Positions 14,258 through 26,038 of a stretch of DNA of 64,000 nt are shown here, piece by piece. Source of the DNA: Marsupella aquatica. Lineage: Eukaryota > Plantae > Marchantiophyta. Under the pieces are notes generated by a model, which saw only the letters and a list, made by a program, of their open reading frames with translations, was not told the DNA's origin and did not search any database. Both the position numbers and the translations under genes were made by a program. The stretch lies in assembly GCA_973895155.1 (NCBI GenBank), contig OZ316894.1, forward strand, positions 25,480,709-25,544,708, in the 5' to 3' direction. Each line of letters starts with the position of its first letter. Position 1 is the stretch's first letter.

Positions 14258-14418
14258 TTTGCAGGAATGTAAAATTTAACAATAAAACTGAAGTTCTGTT
14301 ATTGTCCTTTTCTTTTCAATCACCTATTGAAGGTTTAATTTGCATGAATGTAAAATTTAACAATAAAACTGAAGTTCCTTTTATTGTCCTTCTCTTTTCA
14401 ATCACCTATTGAAGGTTT
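14258..14418 (+). repeat. ~81-bp tandem duplication
   Basis: GAATGTAAAATTTAACAATAAAACTGAAGTTC...TTTTCAATCACCTATTGAAGGTTT occurs twice. Confidence 0.85.
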
Positions 14419-17400
14419 TTCATTTATTGCACTTTCGTTTTCTATTACTCACTTTTCTTAGAGATCATTTTTCTCTCTTTTCCAACTGAAAAGGTTTTGT
14501 TTTTTATCATGCTTTCATTCTTTAGTTCACAAGCACAAAGCAGAATATCAGATCAATGTTTTGGGAGATTTTACAAATACAGTATAATCATCGTCTGCAA
14601 TAGGGTGGACAGGAGGAGTTAGGTGACATCAACGAGGAAATGGCAAAGGGCAGCAGTCACAAAAGAGGGCGAACGACTGACGAGGGAGGACGAAAGGATG
14701 AAGCAGGGACGGAATAGATGTCACACTACGAAAGGACAGGGGAGGGACTAAGGACAAGGCACGGCGAAGGACGGAAGTAGGACGAAAGGACAGTGGCGTA
14801 CCAGCAGAGAGGGCCGCGTACCGGGAGTGCAGAGTACCTTCATGGCAAGGGAACGCAAGACGAGGGAGGACGCTTGGCTAGTTTGGGGTGTTTTTTTTTT
14901 GTTTTTTTTTTGTTTATGGAATGGGAGACTAGATCTTATTGTCATATTGGCAGGATAGATATTTCTTTACCCAGGTATTGACAGGCGTCCAATGAGTCCA
15001 TTGTCCGCAAAGTCTCCAGATATGTCATCTCCAACAACCATTCTTTGATTTACTCGTTCTCTCTTTCCTCTCAAGCTACGTCCACAAAATGCCCCACAGA
15101 CAGAGCTTGCTCCTCCCTCTCCCCTCTAAATCCTGTCTCAAAGCAAAACTTCTGTTGCAAAATACAAAATATTTTTACCAAGATGGCCAAACAGAGACAA
15201 AAGAATAAACAAAAGTTTACTATTAATGATTTAGATCCATTTTCTTGCAAACACAAATGAAGGGAGGTCCTCATCAAATCTAGCAAATATGGTAAATTAA
15301 TGTTCCATATCAATTGTCAAAACTAAATTGGCAAGTGAGATGTGAATGTTTTCTAGGGGGCCAAGCGAGCACACTGGCACCCCCTATGAGAGATGAACAA
15401 TAAATAACTCTAGCTTGAGCACACCGTCATGTCACTGACATGCGTTCACGTAAGTGTGTGGTCAATGGTGTCTAATATTTTTACACAATAATTGTTGCAC
15501 TCATTCAGTATATTATTGCATGACGGTACATGTACAATGTTCACTGTAGTTTGGAATTATTAACAGCAAATATACTGACATTAGTTATTAGAAGACAAAG
15601 CTTAGTGGATGTGCATGGATGTATGAAATGATAAGGAAATCTCCGGAATATTTTAGAGAAATTTTACAAAATCATTTATTCATAAGGTAAAATTTCAAAA
15701 CTGTACATTCAAAAAGTGTATATTTCACTAAAAACAAAAAATGAAGCATGTTCCAAGATGAACATGCTATATCAAAAAGTGTATATTGTCTTACTCGATA
15801 GGGTTGCTCCAATGTTAAATAACCTTCCCCAAACGGTATGAAAAAGCTTTTAAGTGTCCTATCTAGATACATCAACGAAACCATTTTCTCTAAGACAACT
15901 AAAGGTGCGAAGATCCCCAAGAAGAAAAGTAGAGTTGCTTGTCTTATAATGATTCTAGCTCAAAAATGACAATAAATTACTTTTGAGACATTCAAAATTT
16001 GAAAAATTATTGCCCTCTTCTTGGGGGTGACCATTTTTTAGTTTTGTAGATGAAATAGAAGGGTTTTTTACAGGAGCCACAAAGTGCTTTTGACTTGATT
16101 TGTTGATAATGGGACAAAAGCACGGAGGGAAATGCATTGCAAAACAAAAGAAAAAAGCATTGGAGCCGGTGTTCTTTCTAATAGAGTTGGTGAGAATACA
16201 GCATGGAAAGGTCAGCAACGTCAACGAGATCCTCCTTTTCGGGTAGATCTCTCCACAGTTGAGTTAACGGGCCCACTATAATGGATTGAGCAGAAAGAAA
16301 CAGCAGTCCAAAGTTATCAAACTCCTATCACTCTATCAGCTGCACTCTTTTGCAGATCTCATCTCATGAGCACAATCTTTGGGAACACTTTTCTGACTTT
16401 TGCAAGCTTGGTGTCTTGGTGCCTTCCATCATTTTCAGTCTTACTCCGTTTAATTAATATATATGTAACTTTTGGGAAAGGATGTGAGTTGCCATAGCTG
16501 CTGCATGCGTTGTATGTACCCATAGTTGTCAACAAACATCGGCAAGCCTCCCATTATCATGTCTTACGTATGCCTCCATTTTCCAGTAGTATTATACATT
16601 GGAACGACCTTGTTTCAATTCTTCAAATTCTCCCACGTGGGTTCTGGCCCAGGACTTCATTCAAATGTGACATTGCGCGCGAGGCTTTTGTGATAGTTGT
16701 AAATATCCAAAAAATAAGAAAGAGATATTTAAGTGTTACGTGGGGAGGTGATATTTGAGACTAACATTCATGTCAAAAGTTGGTTGAAATGAGCAGTGCA
16801 GATCATTTTGGGGAAATCCATTTTTGGAGACATGTTATCTGGGGGAGAAAAGGGCTACAATCCCTATTGAACTTGATTGTGTTGTTACCATTTCAGTTGG
16901 CAATCACGGATAGCCAGGCATGGGGATCCCAATGGGGATCCAAGGAAATGCACTGGAGATAGTCCAAAAAGCTACCTTGACGCAACCGGCACGTGCCACA
17001 AGTTAGTAACATGAAACATACAAATATATACTAGGTAGCTAGGGGCATTTCTTGTTGACAAGATAGTTGCAAGTCGCGGAACTCGACTACCTTAACACTT
17101 AGCTCCGGCGTCGCCGACTCCGACGCCGAGCTCCCTTATGGTCCAGGCCCGGATAGGCCATCCGGGGAGGACTTAGCATGGGGAGACTTGTGGGCAACGA
17201 GACGTGGCACTAGAGAGACAAGGAGCCAAGCTGGGGACACACACTAAGGACTTGGACTAGCCGAGAACTGGTCGGGTCTAGGGGGCAATGGGCCGGGCTC
17301 AAGGATGGCCATCCGGACCTCCAGATGGACTTTGAGTTCTGAGGGCTGGAGTGTGAGCTCCTCTTGGCCCAAGGCCAATGGAGTTGATGTCGTGGGCAAC

Positions 17401-17886
17401 GGACGCTTGGGGCACAAGTTGTGGCCCGATCTGGGTTGGGCTGGTCGAGGGCCCCAAGCGGCGATCAGACCTGATGGCCTAGGCATGAGCACTGGGTCGG
17501 CCCGATCACAACAGGCTAAGGCACTCCGCTTGTGGATGCCTATCAAGAAAGTTATGGGCGTTGTCAGTTGGTGGCACGCCCATTATACACGATGGGATCC
17601 GGGTTGGGGGCCAAATATTTAGGGACCAAAGCTGGTCCGGGGGTGTCAGGTCCCCCCATAAGCATATATGAGGGGAGTGGTGTCTCCCTGGGGGCTAAGG
17701 GCAAGCCGAAGTTGTGAGTCGCGGCGGTCGCGACACTAAGAGAAACCATCAAACGGAAATAGCGATATCTTCCCAACGGGAAATCCGTTGGAGGACTTCT
17801 TGGGTGTGTTGGAAAGCTCTTGAGGAGGGCTACGCCCTTTTGAGCTCAGCTGGGTCTGGGGGTACCTTGGGTTTGTGGGTGTTAGC

Positions 17887-18218
17887 TGTTAAGGATTTCT
17901 CTTAGTCTTGTGACTCATAGGTTACGACACTTAGGCTAACCACAATTAGGATCTTAGCTGAGGTTAGGTTAGTCATGTGTGACCTTGTATATACCAGGGC
18001 TAGTGTAAGCCGCTGGTGTGTGGTGCTTACACATTGTAACGGAGCAACTTGAGGAAGAGGGAGAGCATGTGTGTTCGTCTAGTCTTGAAGTAAAGCTTGA
18101 GTGTTCGTGTGGACGTAGCCTTGGAGAACAGGTGAACCACATAGAGATTGTGTCGACTACGTGTGCATGGAATGAGTAATGATTGGATCGTCATGAAGGA
18201 ATACATCATAGTTTAACA
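17887..18218 (+). mobile_element. Copia-type solo LTR (332 bp) nested in LTR-like copy 1
   Basis: TGTTAA...TTAACA termini; perfect 5-bp TSD TTAGC (17882-86, 18219-23); GTGGACGTAGCC...GTGAACCAC motif. Absent from the paralogous copy at about 25210. Confidence 0.92.
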
Positions 18219-19351
18219 TTAGCTTGCCCGCTTGCCAAATCCCGCCGAACAGCAGCTATGCTGCGTCCCATGGCGCCCCAAACCCAAGAAACCCCCCCGC
18301 ACAAGCCGATTCTCGCAGGTTTCATCCTCGACGAGGCCATTTCCGCGGCTTAGTGGCATGGGACGCTGCTAATTTCCTCTACTGCTACGATTAATATTTT
18401 ACACACATATACTGGACAGATCCTTCATCGGGTCATGAGATACTTAGCCGGCCTATTCTAGGCCCTCCCTTGTATTCCTCTCCTGGTCTTCCATTAGGTA
18501 TGTTTGGATTCTGCCGCCGGAATGATCCCCAATTGGCTTGGTTAAGCCGCTAAGACCTCTCTCAGGTCGACACATCCATCTCTCACTCCCTTGCTACTTC
18601 CCTTCATTGATGTGGGCACTCTTCACACAAGTTAATGCGACACACAAATAGCAAAATGACTCCTTCTGACTGAGTTATACCATGCACTTGCCATACAAAC
18701 AGTACATCTCATACACAAGCTCTGCGAACTAAGCCGTGAGGCCAACTCTATTCAGTTCTTAGGTATGAGGAAACATGAATATACACAAGGGTCACTGTAT
18801 GCCTAACCGAGAGCTTCTCTTACTACTTGATCCCAGCCCTGCTGGTGCAACTAAAAACTTGCTAAAGAAGAGGCCCTGAACTCCCCGCAGCCCAGGTACT
18901 TATCCTGGTTGTGGATCCGCCTGATTCCTTGCAGCGTAAGCCTAATCTACTTACTGTAATCTACCTAACTATAATCTACCTATGTACAACGAGGCAGGAG
19001 CACAAGTGTCGCCCTCACTCGTGGATCCGCAATCCCACTAATCTAAGTGTCAGGGCCGTCTCCTGGTCCTGATCCTGATCCTTAGTCTAAACTTGGAGAT
19101 CAGCGCCCGCCCTGCCCACTCACGCCTCCTACCTCCACGTCCGCCCTCCCTAAAAGGGACGGCTCCCTTACACTATCACGACCCTGGTGGCTGGTCCTCA
19201 ATGGACGCCCCCAACACTTCCCCCGCAACCACTGTCGTTGGTCCGTCCTCTGACAGATTACCTGCCCCGGACCGAGTCAACTCTTCATCGGCCTGACTGG
19301 GTCCACCCTCGGCTTCGGCCTCAGCATCGGCCATGGCCTCCCCGACATGTT

Positions 19352-21160
19352 CTAGTGGAGGATCTGGTACCTTGGCTTCATTACTGGTTGTCCGGCCTCG
19401 GCCTTGCCATCCCCACTTCCTAGGACTGGTGGATCCACTGCCGTGTCGATGCCGGAGGTTGGTGCCAGGTTTATCTTCTCGGTCACAACGGCTTGAGAAG
19501 CCGTATAACTCCCAGACCTAGAAGGTTTCCGCTTCTTCTTCTTCCCTATTTCGATAGTCGGTTCCTTCCCCTTGCCACTTACCTCCGGCACCGGGGTGAG
19601 TGTCTCGGCTTGTCCTTCGGCCAATACTACCCCTGGTAACTGGGTTGCCCCAATTGGAGTTGGACCTGATGAAGCCAAGCATTTAAATATTGCGGCTTGT
19701 TTCTTCAGCCGCTCTGTTTGGTTGTCGGCCCGCCGCTGTAGGTTCTCCATCTTCCTCGTGATTTCCTCCAACTCCTCTTGGGTCTTATCTAGGTCTTTGC
19801 GCGCCTCCTCCAGCTCCTTTTTGGCTTCCTCCAATTCTTTCTTTAAGGTAGCCCTCTCCTCCTGGGTTGCTCTTAGCTCCTTGTCGAGCTCTGCTACGAC
19901 CACAGACTCCATCTTATTCATCTTGGCATAAGTCTGGTCGAGCTGGTCGTCCTTTTCACGCAGGTCGGCCTTGAAGCTGGCCGTCAGGGACGCAAGCTCC
20001 TGCTGCAGCGCAATAATCCCTTGATAGGATTTCCCTAACTTTGCTTCCTTCTGCCCAAGGGCTCCGTGGATATCTTCGAGATCTCCTTTCAACGCCCTCT
20101 CCCTTCTCTGAGTCTCCGCCATGGCCCGGTTGTTGGCGATTAAGTGGGCCTCCTCTGCGTCCCTTAGCTCCCACTTCCATTTCTCTCTTTCCTTGACTGC
20201 GCCGGCCAACTCTCCTTGGGTCCGAGTTAGTTTATCTTTGATAATCTGATTGTCAGACTGAGCGGTATCCAACTGCCCCTGCATGATGTTTAGCTCATGC
20301 CGCTTAATCCGCAGCTCATCTTGGGCTTTCTTGGCCGCCTGCAGGACTTCCACCTTGGCTTCCTTCTCCCTAAGTCGTCGGATGACCTCGTCCTTCTTGC
20401 TTCTCTCCAAAGCCACCGCTTCTTCTAATCGGTGCTTCTCCAACCTCTCCCTCTGGAAGAAAGGTCCCTGCTCCAACTCCTCCCCAAAGATGTTGAGCGC
20501 CAGGTCCCCACACATCTCCCCGTACTCCATGGCTCTATCTTTAGCATAGGTGCCCTGGGCCCTCAGTCTTAACTGATACGTGGAGGACGTGCGAACGCTC
20601 GAAGGGTAGTTTTTATTCATTTTGAACTAATAATTATAATTATTACCGGTAATAAGGGAACTTTTAATGGTAAAATGGAAATAACAAGGGGTAAACATGA
20701 AAAGGGCCCGATCGCAGGGGGGTCCACTTCTTTTACATGGAGTGAGGGCCCAGGGCATAGGTGGAGTAAGTAGAAGTCATCGGCATCAACCACCTCCTCT
20801 GTTCCCAAGCCGCCTGCAAATTTCTTCTACGGTGGCAAGAGGGTTGCTTCTTTTTTCGGCAAGCCGCCTGATGTCCTCCGGCCAATCTCCTCCTGGTAAA
20901 TCTTTCTCCCTAGCCAGGGCTGCCCTCTCTTCCTCCCTGAGTCGCTCTTGAAAATCTTGTGCCGTCTGCTTTATGCCGTCAAAGCTCGGGGGAGCAACCT
21001 CTGGTGGGGGAGACTCGGGGCTACTCTGTTGGGTGGGGTCCCCTCGAACTACTCTTGGAAGCGTGGGGATAAATTTGCCACAGGTCCTTACTCCTGGAAC
21101 ATGATGATCCGACCCATAGCCGGAGTTATCATTGCTGTAGTCCTCCACCGCCTCCTCCAC
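19352..21160 (-). pseudogene. Element-borne ORF, C-terminal part: long SMC-like coiled coil with a basic NLS-like KKKKRK
   Basis: The 422-aa ORF (19352-20620) has about 250 residues of heptad-like E/K/L/Q-rich sequence. It is linked to the upstream ORFs by frameshifts and a 143-bp insertion. Confidence 0.6.
20592..20734. mobile_element. 143-bp AT-rich insertion interrupting the element ORF
   Basis: AT-rich island in GC-rich coding DNA, flanked by ACGTG / ACATG. Removing it gives a continuous frame ...YSTYALGPHSTSSTYQLRLRAQG. Confidence 0.55.
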
Positions 21161-21254
21161 TGCTTGGACTCCCGGCTTCCCCCTCTGTTCCCCTGGTCTT
21201 ACCGTGAAATGGTCTCACAGATCACGGGCCCTTGTTCCTCCTCTGGGTTCCAGG

Positions 21255-23066
21255 CTATCCTCTCCCTCTGCTCTCCGCGGGAAGGAGCCTTAGGCTGCTC
21301 TGCCTTCGATTCGGGGCTTGAGGCTCCCACATACATTCGCACTCCCGGCTTGTGTTCCGGCCTCCTTCTCTCCTTGGCTCCGGTAAAGGGGTTTCCCTCC
21401 TGAGTCGGCTTAGGCCGGCCTCTGGGGCAGTGTCCTGTACCGTTGCCGTTGCTGGTGCAGTTCTCTCCTTCTCCAATATTTTCAGCAGATTCTGCATGCC
21501 TGATTGGTGCTGCATCGGCAAGTCTTCTTTCCTTGGCCGAAACACCTGCTCGATCGTAGGACTAACAGGCTGGTTGGGCTCTTCTGTTGCCAGCCTCTGC
21601 TCCGGAACCTCCTCCGGTGCCCTTGCCGATAGGGGAAGTACTGGGGCAAAGATTTGACTTCTGGCATACCGGCACAACAGCGGCATGTGATAGCCAAGCC
21701 GGGACATGCTTCCCACGCCGATCACCTGCTGTGCCTCCTTCAAGATTTTCTTTAGTTGGTTGAGGAGGTACCTGTTGTAATCCCGGCTTGGGTTTGGCCT
21801 TTCTGCCAGGTAGACCTGAGCCTTGCCGATCTCTGCCCTTGGCAAGTTACAATGCATGGTCACCCGCAAGAAATCGATCATCTCTTCGATGTGCGGGTTG
21901 GTGCAGGTATTCCGGAAGAAGCCATTCTTTGTTGTTGATGGTCCTGGGAACGACCGGGACTCCTTGTCAGGTAAGGTCTTCCTGGTATCAACCTTGGTCT
22001 TATTACCCATCGGCAAGCCAAACACCTCGGCAATCACCCGGGGAGTGAGATAGAAATCCTTCCCATACACCCTCGTGGAATTGGTCTCGGGTTCCCATGA
22101 TCCCATGAATTCTAATAAGTCTGAGTCCGGCACCTCCGGCTTCAGCCATGGTAATCTTACGAAGGCTTCCAAGCCGGATCCGGCCATGAAGCCCTGGTAC
22201 TTCTTGGTCTGCATGGCCGTAAAGCATGCATCCTCCTCCTGTGCAAAATGTAATTGCACTTCCTCTGGTAGGGTCGCCGCCCAGCCTTTCCAGGTGTCAT
22301 CATTTGTTGGAATGACATTGATGGGATCAACCTCCTCCTCTTCGGCTTCTCCCTGCCTCCTGTTCTGCTGCTCTGCTGGTTTCCTTGGTGCCGCCGACCT
22401 CGTTCTTTTTGCCGGGGTGGCCTCTTTGTTGTTGTTTCCTTTCCTCTTCATCTCGGCTGCCGTGGATGTTTCTCCTAGCACAGTTGCCTTTGTCCACCCT
22501 TCCGTGCTACCCTTCAACTCCCAGTGCGCGTCATTGCAGCGGTTGATGGCTTCCCGAATGCCGACGATTCTGTCTTCGCAAAACGGAAGGTCATCAAGCT
22601 GATTGGCAGTAGGAGTCCACAAGAACTTGGCCTTGATGAGTTCTCCTCCTAAGACGGCAGAATTTTGCAGCTCCCATAGTCGAGCGAGCTCCTGCCGTTC
22701 TCGAGCTGCTCTCTTCGATTCTTCGTCCTCGTAAGTCCCAATGTACTCAGTTGCCCGTTTGAACAGGCATCCCCAAAAATGTGCCGCTTGATTGACGTTG
22801 CTCATACCCTCCTTCACTCGATCGTTGGTATTTGTTCCCACCCAGAGTGCTTGCCTAAGCAGTTGACAGTATTTGGCCTCTCGTAGTCGTCTGCCCAGTT
22901 TGTGCTTGCAAATGAGCCACTATTCCTCGCGAGCGGTCCTTACCCCTCTCCTCCTCTGGTCTTCCCTCCCGTTGGTCACCCCTAGCCGCTGACGCTTAGC
23001 GCGCCCTAACCCTAATCGTATTCTCTCCCCCGACGTCTTTACTTTTGGCCTCGGCCCGGGTTCCAT
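21255..23066 (-). pseudogene. Element-borne ORF, N-terminal part: plant-mobile-domain / putative plant transposon protein-like
   Basis: The 528-aa ORF (21255-22841) extends in frame to an ATG at 23066 across a single TAG (about 22920, probably from TGG). The segment GLEAFVRLPW...LLEFMGSW...TRVYGKDFYLTPRVIAEVFGLPMG resembles accessory ORFs of Athila/Tat-type retrotransposons. Recognised by eye. Confidence 0.6.
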
Positions 23067-23948
23067 AGTCACCCTTAATTGTTTATATTTTCCTTGTCTT
23101 GTTACTATACTAAGGTGTTTCCAGGGTACACTCCTGCTTTTACCATGTAAACCGGCCTAGTGATTCCTGGCTAGGCATCATAGCAGCCAAGTCGCGTTCA
23201 GTCTCCCAAGGGAGCTTGCGTTGGGGAGGCAAGGCCAAGTAGGTGTGGAGGTTGAGCCCCAAGAGAGTTCGGTCCCTAGACCATCAGTAGTGCGAATCGT
23301 GGGTTGGATTCGGGAGTCGGGGCCATTCTGGTCCCGACGTGTTGGGACAAGCTTGGGACAAGCTTTAGGACAAGCTACGCTAGTTGGGCCATGAGCATGT
23401 CCTGAGGTCAGGGCGGTCAGTTGGTGATGGATAGGTACGAGGAGGAACCCGGGCTGCGCCCAAGGAAGGAGCTGTTCTGGACGAACAGTGGGCGTGGGTT
23501 CTGGTTTTGGCTTATTGCATCGGGAGGACCTATCGTTGACCTATTTACCAACGTCTGTTGAGCTTGAGTAGGATGCTAGACTTGGCGAGTTCTAGATCCT
23601 AAAGGGTTACTTACCAAGGTGTTTGGTTGCTTGTGCAGATAGTGAGGACCGTTGAGTACCGGTCGCGTTAGAGAGCAAGTGCGGCTTCGTATGGGAGGGG
23701 CCGTTGGCGGTGCGAGGGGTACTAGTTTACTTGCTCGAGGTATTCCGTGGAGGCGTTTAGGCACCAGGGGCACTTAGGTGTGAGTGCTGGGATTGGTGAG
23801 GGCGCTAGGTGGCAAGGTCCACCACTTTGCACAACTTGCTCTTATGAAAATAAAACCTAAAATAAATAAGATGTCCAGATTAATCTTACAAGAAATGCCC
23901 TAGGTTTTTTTCTTTGGCTATCTTGTGTCATATTGGATAAGTCCTGTT

Positions 23949-26038
23949 TGCAAGGTCTAAGTGGTGGACCTAGCCACCCAGTGCCCTCTCCAATCTCAAC
24001 ACCCATGCCTAGGTGCCCATGGTGCCCGAACGCATCCACTGAATACTTTAAGCAAACACCCTGATGGCCCTTCGCACCGCCTACGGCCCCTCCCATACCT
24101 CGGGGGGTTAACTTAATATATATTTTGGGGTACCACATGCGATCATAGCCTAATATAAACACACCTATTTTATAATGGGAATATTCCAAAAATATTCTCT
24201 ATTCTTAATATTAATGACATATTTTATTTATAAAAGATATATATTAGAGAATATTTTACAAATATAAGTTTATAATACCTTCTTTTGCTTCCTACGCTTT
24301 TTAAAAATTTAGTTAGTTTTTATGAAAATTATCTATTTTGGATTGCATGTGATTCCTAAGATTTTTGATAGTCAACCCCCCGAGTCCCATACGCTCGGGG
24401 GGTTAACTTAGTATATATTTTGGGGTACCATGTGCAATCCTAGCCTAATATAAACACACCTATTTTATAACGAGAATATTCCAAAAATATCCTCTACTCT
24501 CAATATTAATGACCTGATTTATTTTATAAAAGGTAAATATTAGAGAATATTCTACAAATATGGGTTTATAATGCCTTCTTTTGCTTCCTACGCTTTTTAA
24601 AAATTTAGTTATTTTTTATGAAAATTATCTATTTTGGATCGCACGTGGTTCCTAAGATTTTTGATAGTCAACCCTCCGAGTCCCATACAAAGCTGCATCT
24701 GCTCTTTAACACGATCGCTACTCAACGGTCCTCACTATCTGCACAAGCAACCAAGTGACTTGGTAAGTAACACAAACCGGATCTAGATCTCCCCAAGTCT
24801 AGCATCCTAACTCAAACTCAACAGACGTTGGTAAGTAGGTCAACGATAGATCCTCCCGATGCCATAAGTCAGAACCAAAACCGACACTCACTGTTAGTCC
24901 AGAACAGCTCCTTCCTTGGTGCAGCCTGGGTTCCCCTTGTACTTATTCATCACCAATTGACTACCCTGCCCCTTGGACATGTTCATGGCCCAAGTAGCGT
25001 AGCTTGTCCTAAAGCTTGTCCCAACACGCCGGGACCATAATGGCCCCAACCCCAGCAACCAACTCCAATTCTCACTCGCCGGTGGCCTAGGGCAAGAGCA
25101 CTTGGAATTCATCCTCCATGCCTACTTGGCCTTGCCTCCCCAATGCAAGCTCCTTGGGAGACTGAACGCGGTTTGGTTGTTGTTTTGACAGGATTTGGCA
25201 AGCGAGCAAACTAGCCCCCGCAAACCCCAAGGATCCATGGCACCCATAGACCCAACTAAGCTCAGGAGAATGTAGTCCTCCTTGAGATTTTTCCATGCAC
25301 CCAAAAATTCCTCCAACAGACTTCCCGTTGGGAAGATATCGCTATTTCCGTTTGGCGCTTTCCCTTAGTGTCGCAATTGTCGCGGCTCACGACTTCGGCT
25401 TGCCCTTAGCCCCCAGGGAGACACCACTCCCCTCATATATGCTTTTGGAGACCTGTCACCCCCAGATCTACTTTTGTCCCCAAATGTTGGCCCCCCACCT
25501 GGACCCCAACCCGCATGTCTGGGCGTGCCACCAACTGGCAATGCCCATAACTTTCTAGTTTTCTAGTTAGGCGTCTGTAAGCGGATTGCCTTAGCCCATT
25601 GTGATTGGGCCGACCCAGTGCTTGTGACTAGGCCCTCAGATCCTATTGTTGCCCTAGACCCCCCATCGGCCAAACCTGGATCAGGCCGTAACTCATGCCC
25701 CAAGCATCCGTTGCCCATGGAGTAAACTCCATTTGCCTTGGGCCCAAGAGGAGCTCTCACTCAAGCCATTAGAACTCAAAGTCTGTCCGGGTGTTCGGAC
25801 GGTCGACCTTGAGCCCGGCCCTTTCCCCTTGACCCGACCAGTCCTCAGCGAGTCTAAGTCCTTAATGTGTCACCAGCCTAGCGCCTTGCCTTTGCCAGTG
25901 CCAAGCCCCATTGCCCATAAGTCTCCCCATGCTAAGTCCTCCCCGGATGGCCGTTCCGGGCTTGGACCATAGGGGAGCTCGGCGTTAGAGTCAGCAACGC
26001 CGGAGCTAAGTGTTAAGGTAGTTGAGTTCCACGATTGT
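23949..26038 (-). mobile_element. ~1.5-kb LTR-like element (probable solo LTR), copy 2, inverted relative to copy 1, containing a MITE dimer
   Basis: Its reverse complement aligns with 17068-17886 + 18219-18256 + 23183-23840. Flanked by near-identical 5-mers CTGTT / CTATT (candidate TSD). Confidence 0.75.
24099..24680. mobile_element. Head-to-tail dimer of a ~286-bp MITE (hAT- or Mutator-type); copies at 24099-24384 and 24394-24680
   Basis: TIRs CTCGGGGGGTT / AACCCCCCGAG. The target TCCCATAC(G) occurs three times (24091, 24385, 24681). A single uninterrupted target lies in the paralogous copy near 23690. Confidence 0.9.

Larger units (their letters stand above)
18257..23182 (-). mobile_element. 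4.9-kb ORF-bearing insertion with LTR-like ends and a 5-bp TSD (candidate giant coding solo LTR)
   Basis: TSD GCAGC at 18252-56 and 23183-87. Termini TATGCTGC...GCATCATA. The paralogous host copy is uninterrupted at this site. No RT/RNaseH/integrase/DDE motifs recognised. Confidence 0.8.
17068..23840 (+). mobile_element. ~1.5-kb LTR-like element (probable Ty3/gypsy solo LTR), copy 1, expanded by two nested insertions; its own segments are 17068-17886, 18219-18256 and 23183-23840
   Basis: Begins TGCAAGTCGCGG and ends ...GCACAACTTGCT (decayed terminal inverted repeat). TATA-like CATATATGAGGGGAG near 17663. After removing the two inserts it is colinear with the inverted copy at 23949-26038. No PBS/PPT and no clear TSD seen. 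Confidence 0.7.

Noticed and set aside
18270-18280. Primer-binding site TGGCGCCC near the left end of the 4.9-kb element
   Set aside because: It lies only 14 bp from the terminus, leaving no room for an LTR, and the match is too short to be significant.
17068-26038. A single 9-kb DNA transposon with ~800-bp terminal inverted repeats
   Set aside because: The inverted similarity continues internally (23183-23840 vs 23949-25175), and the right copy has its own candidate TSD. Two separate inverted copies explain the pattern better. There is no shared outer TSD.
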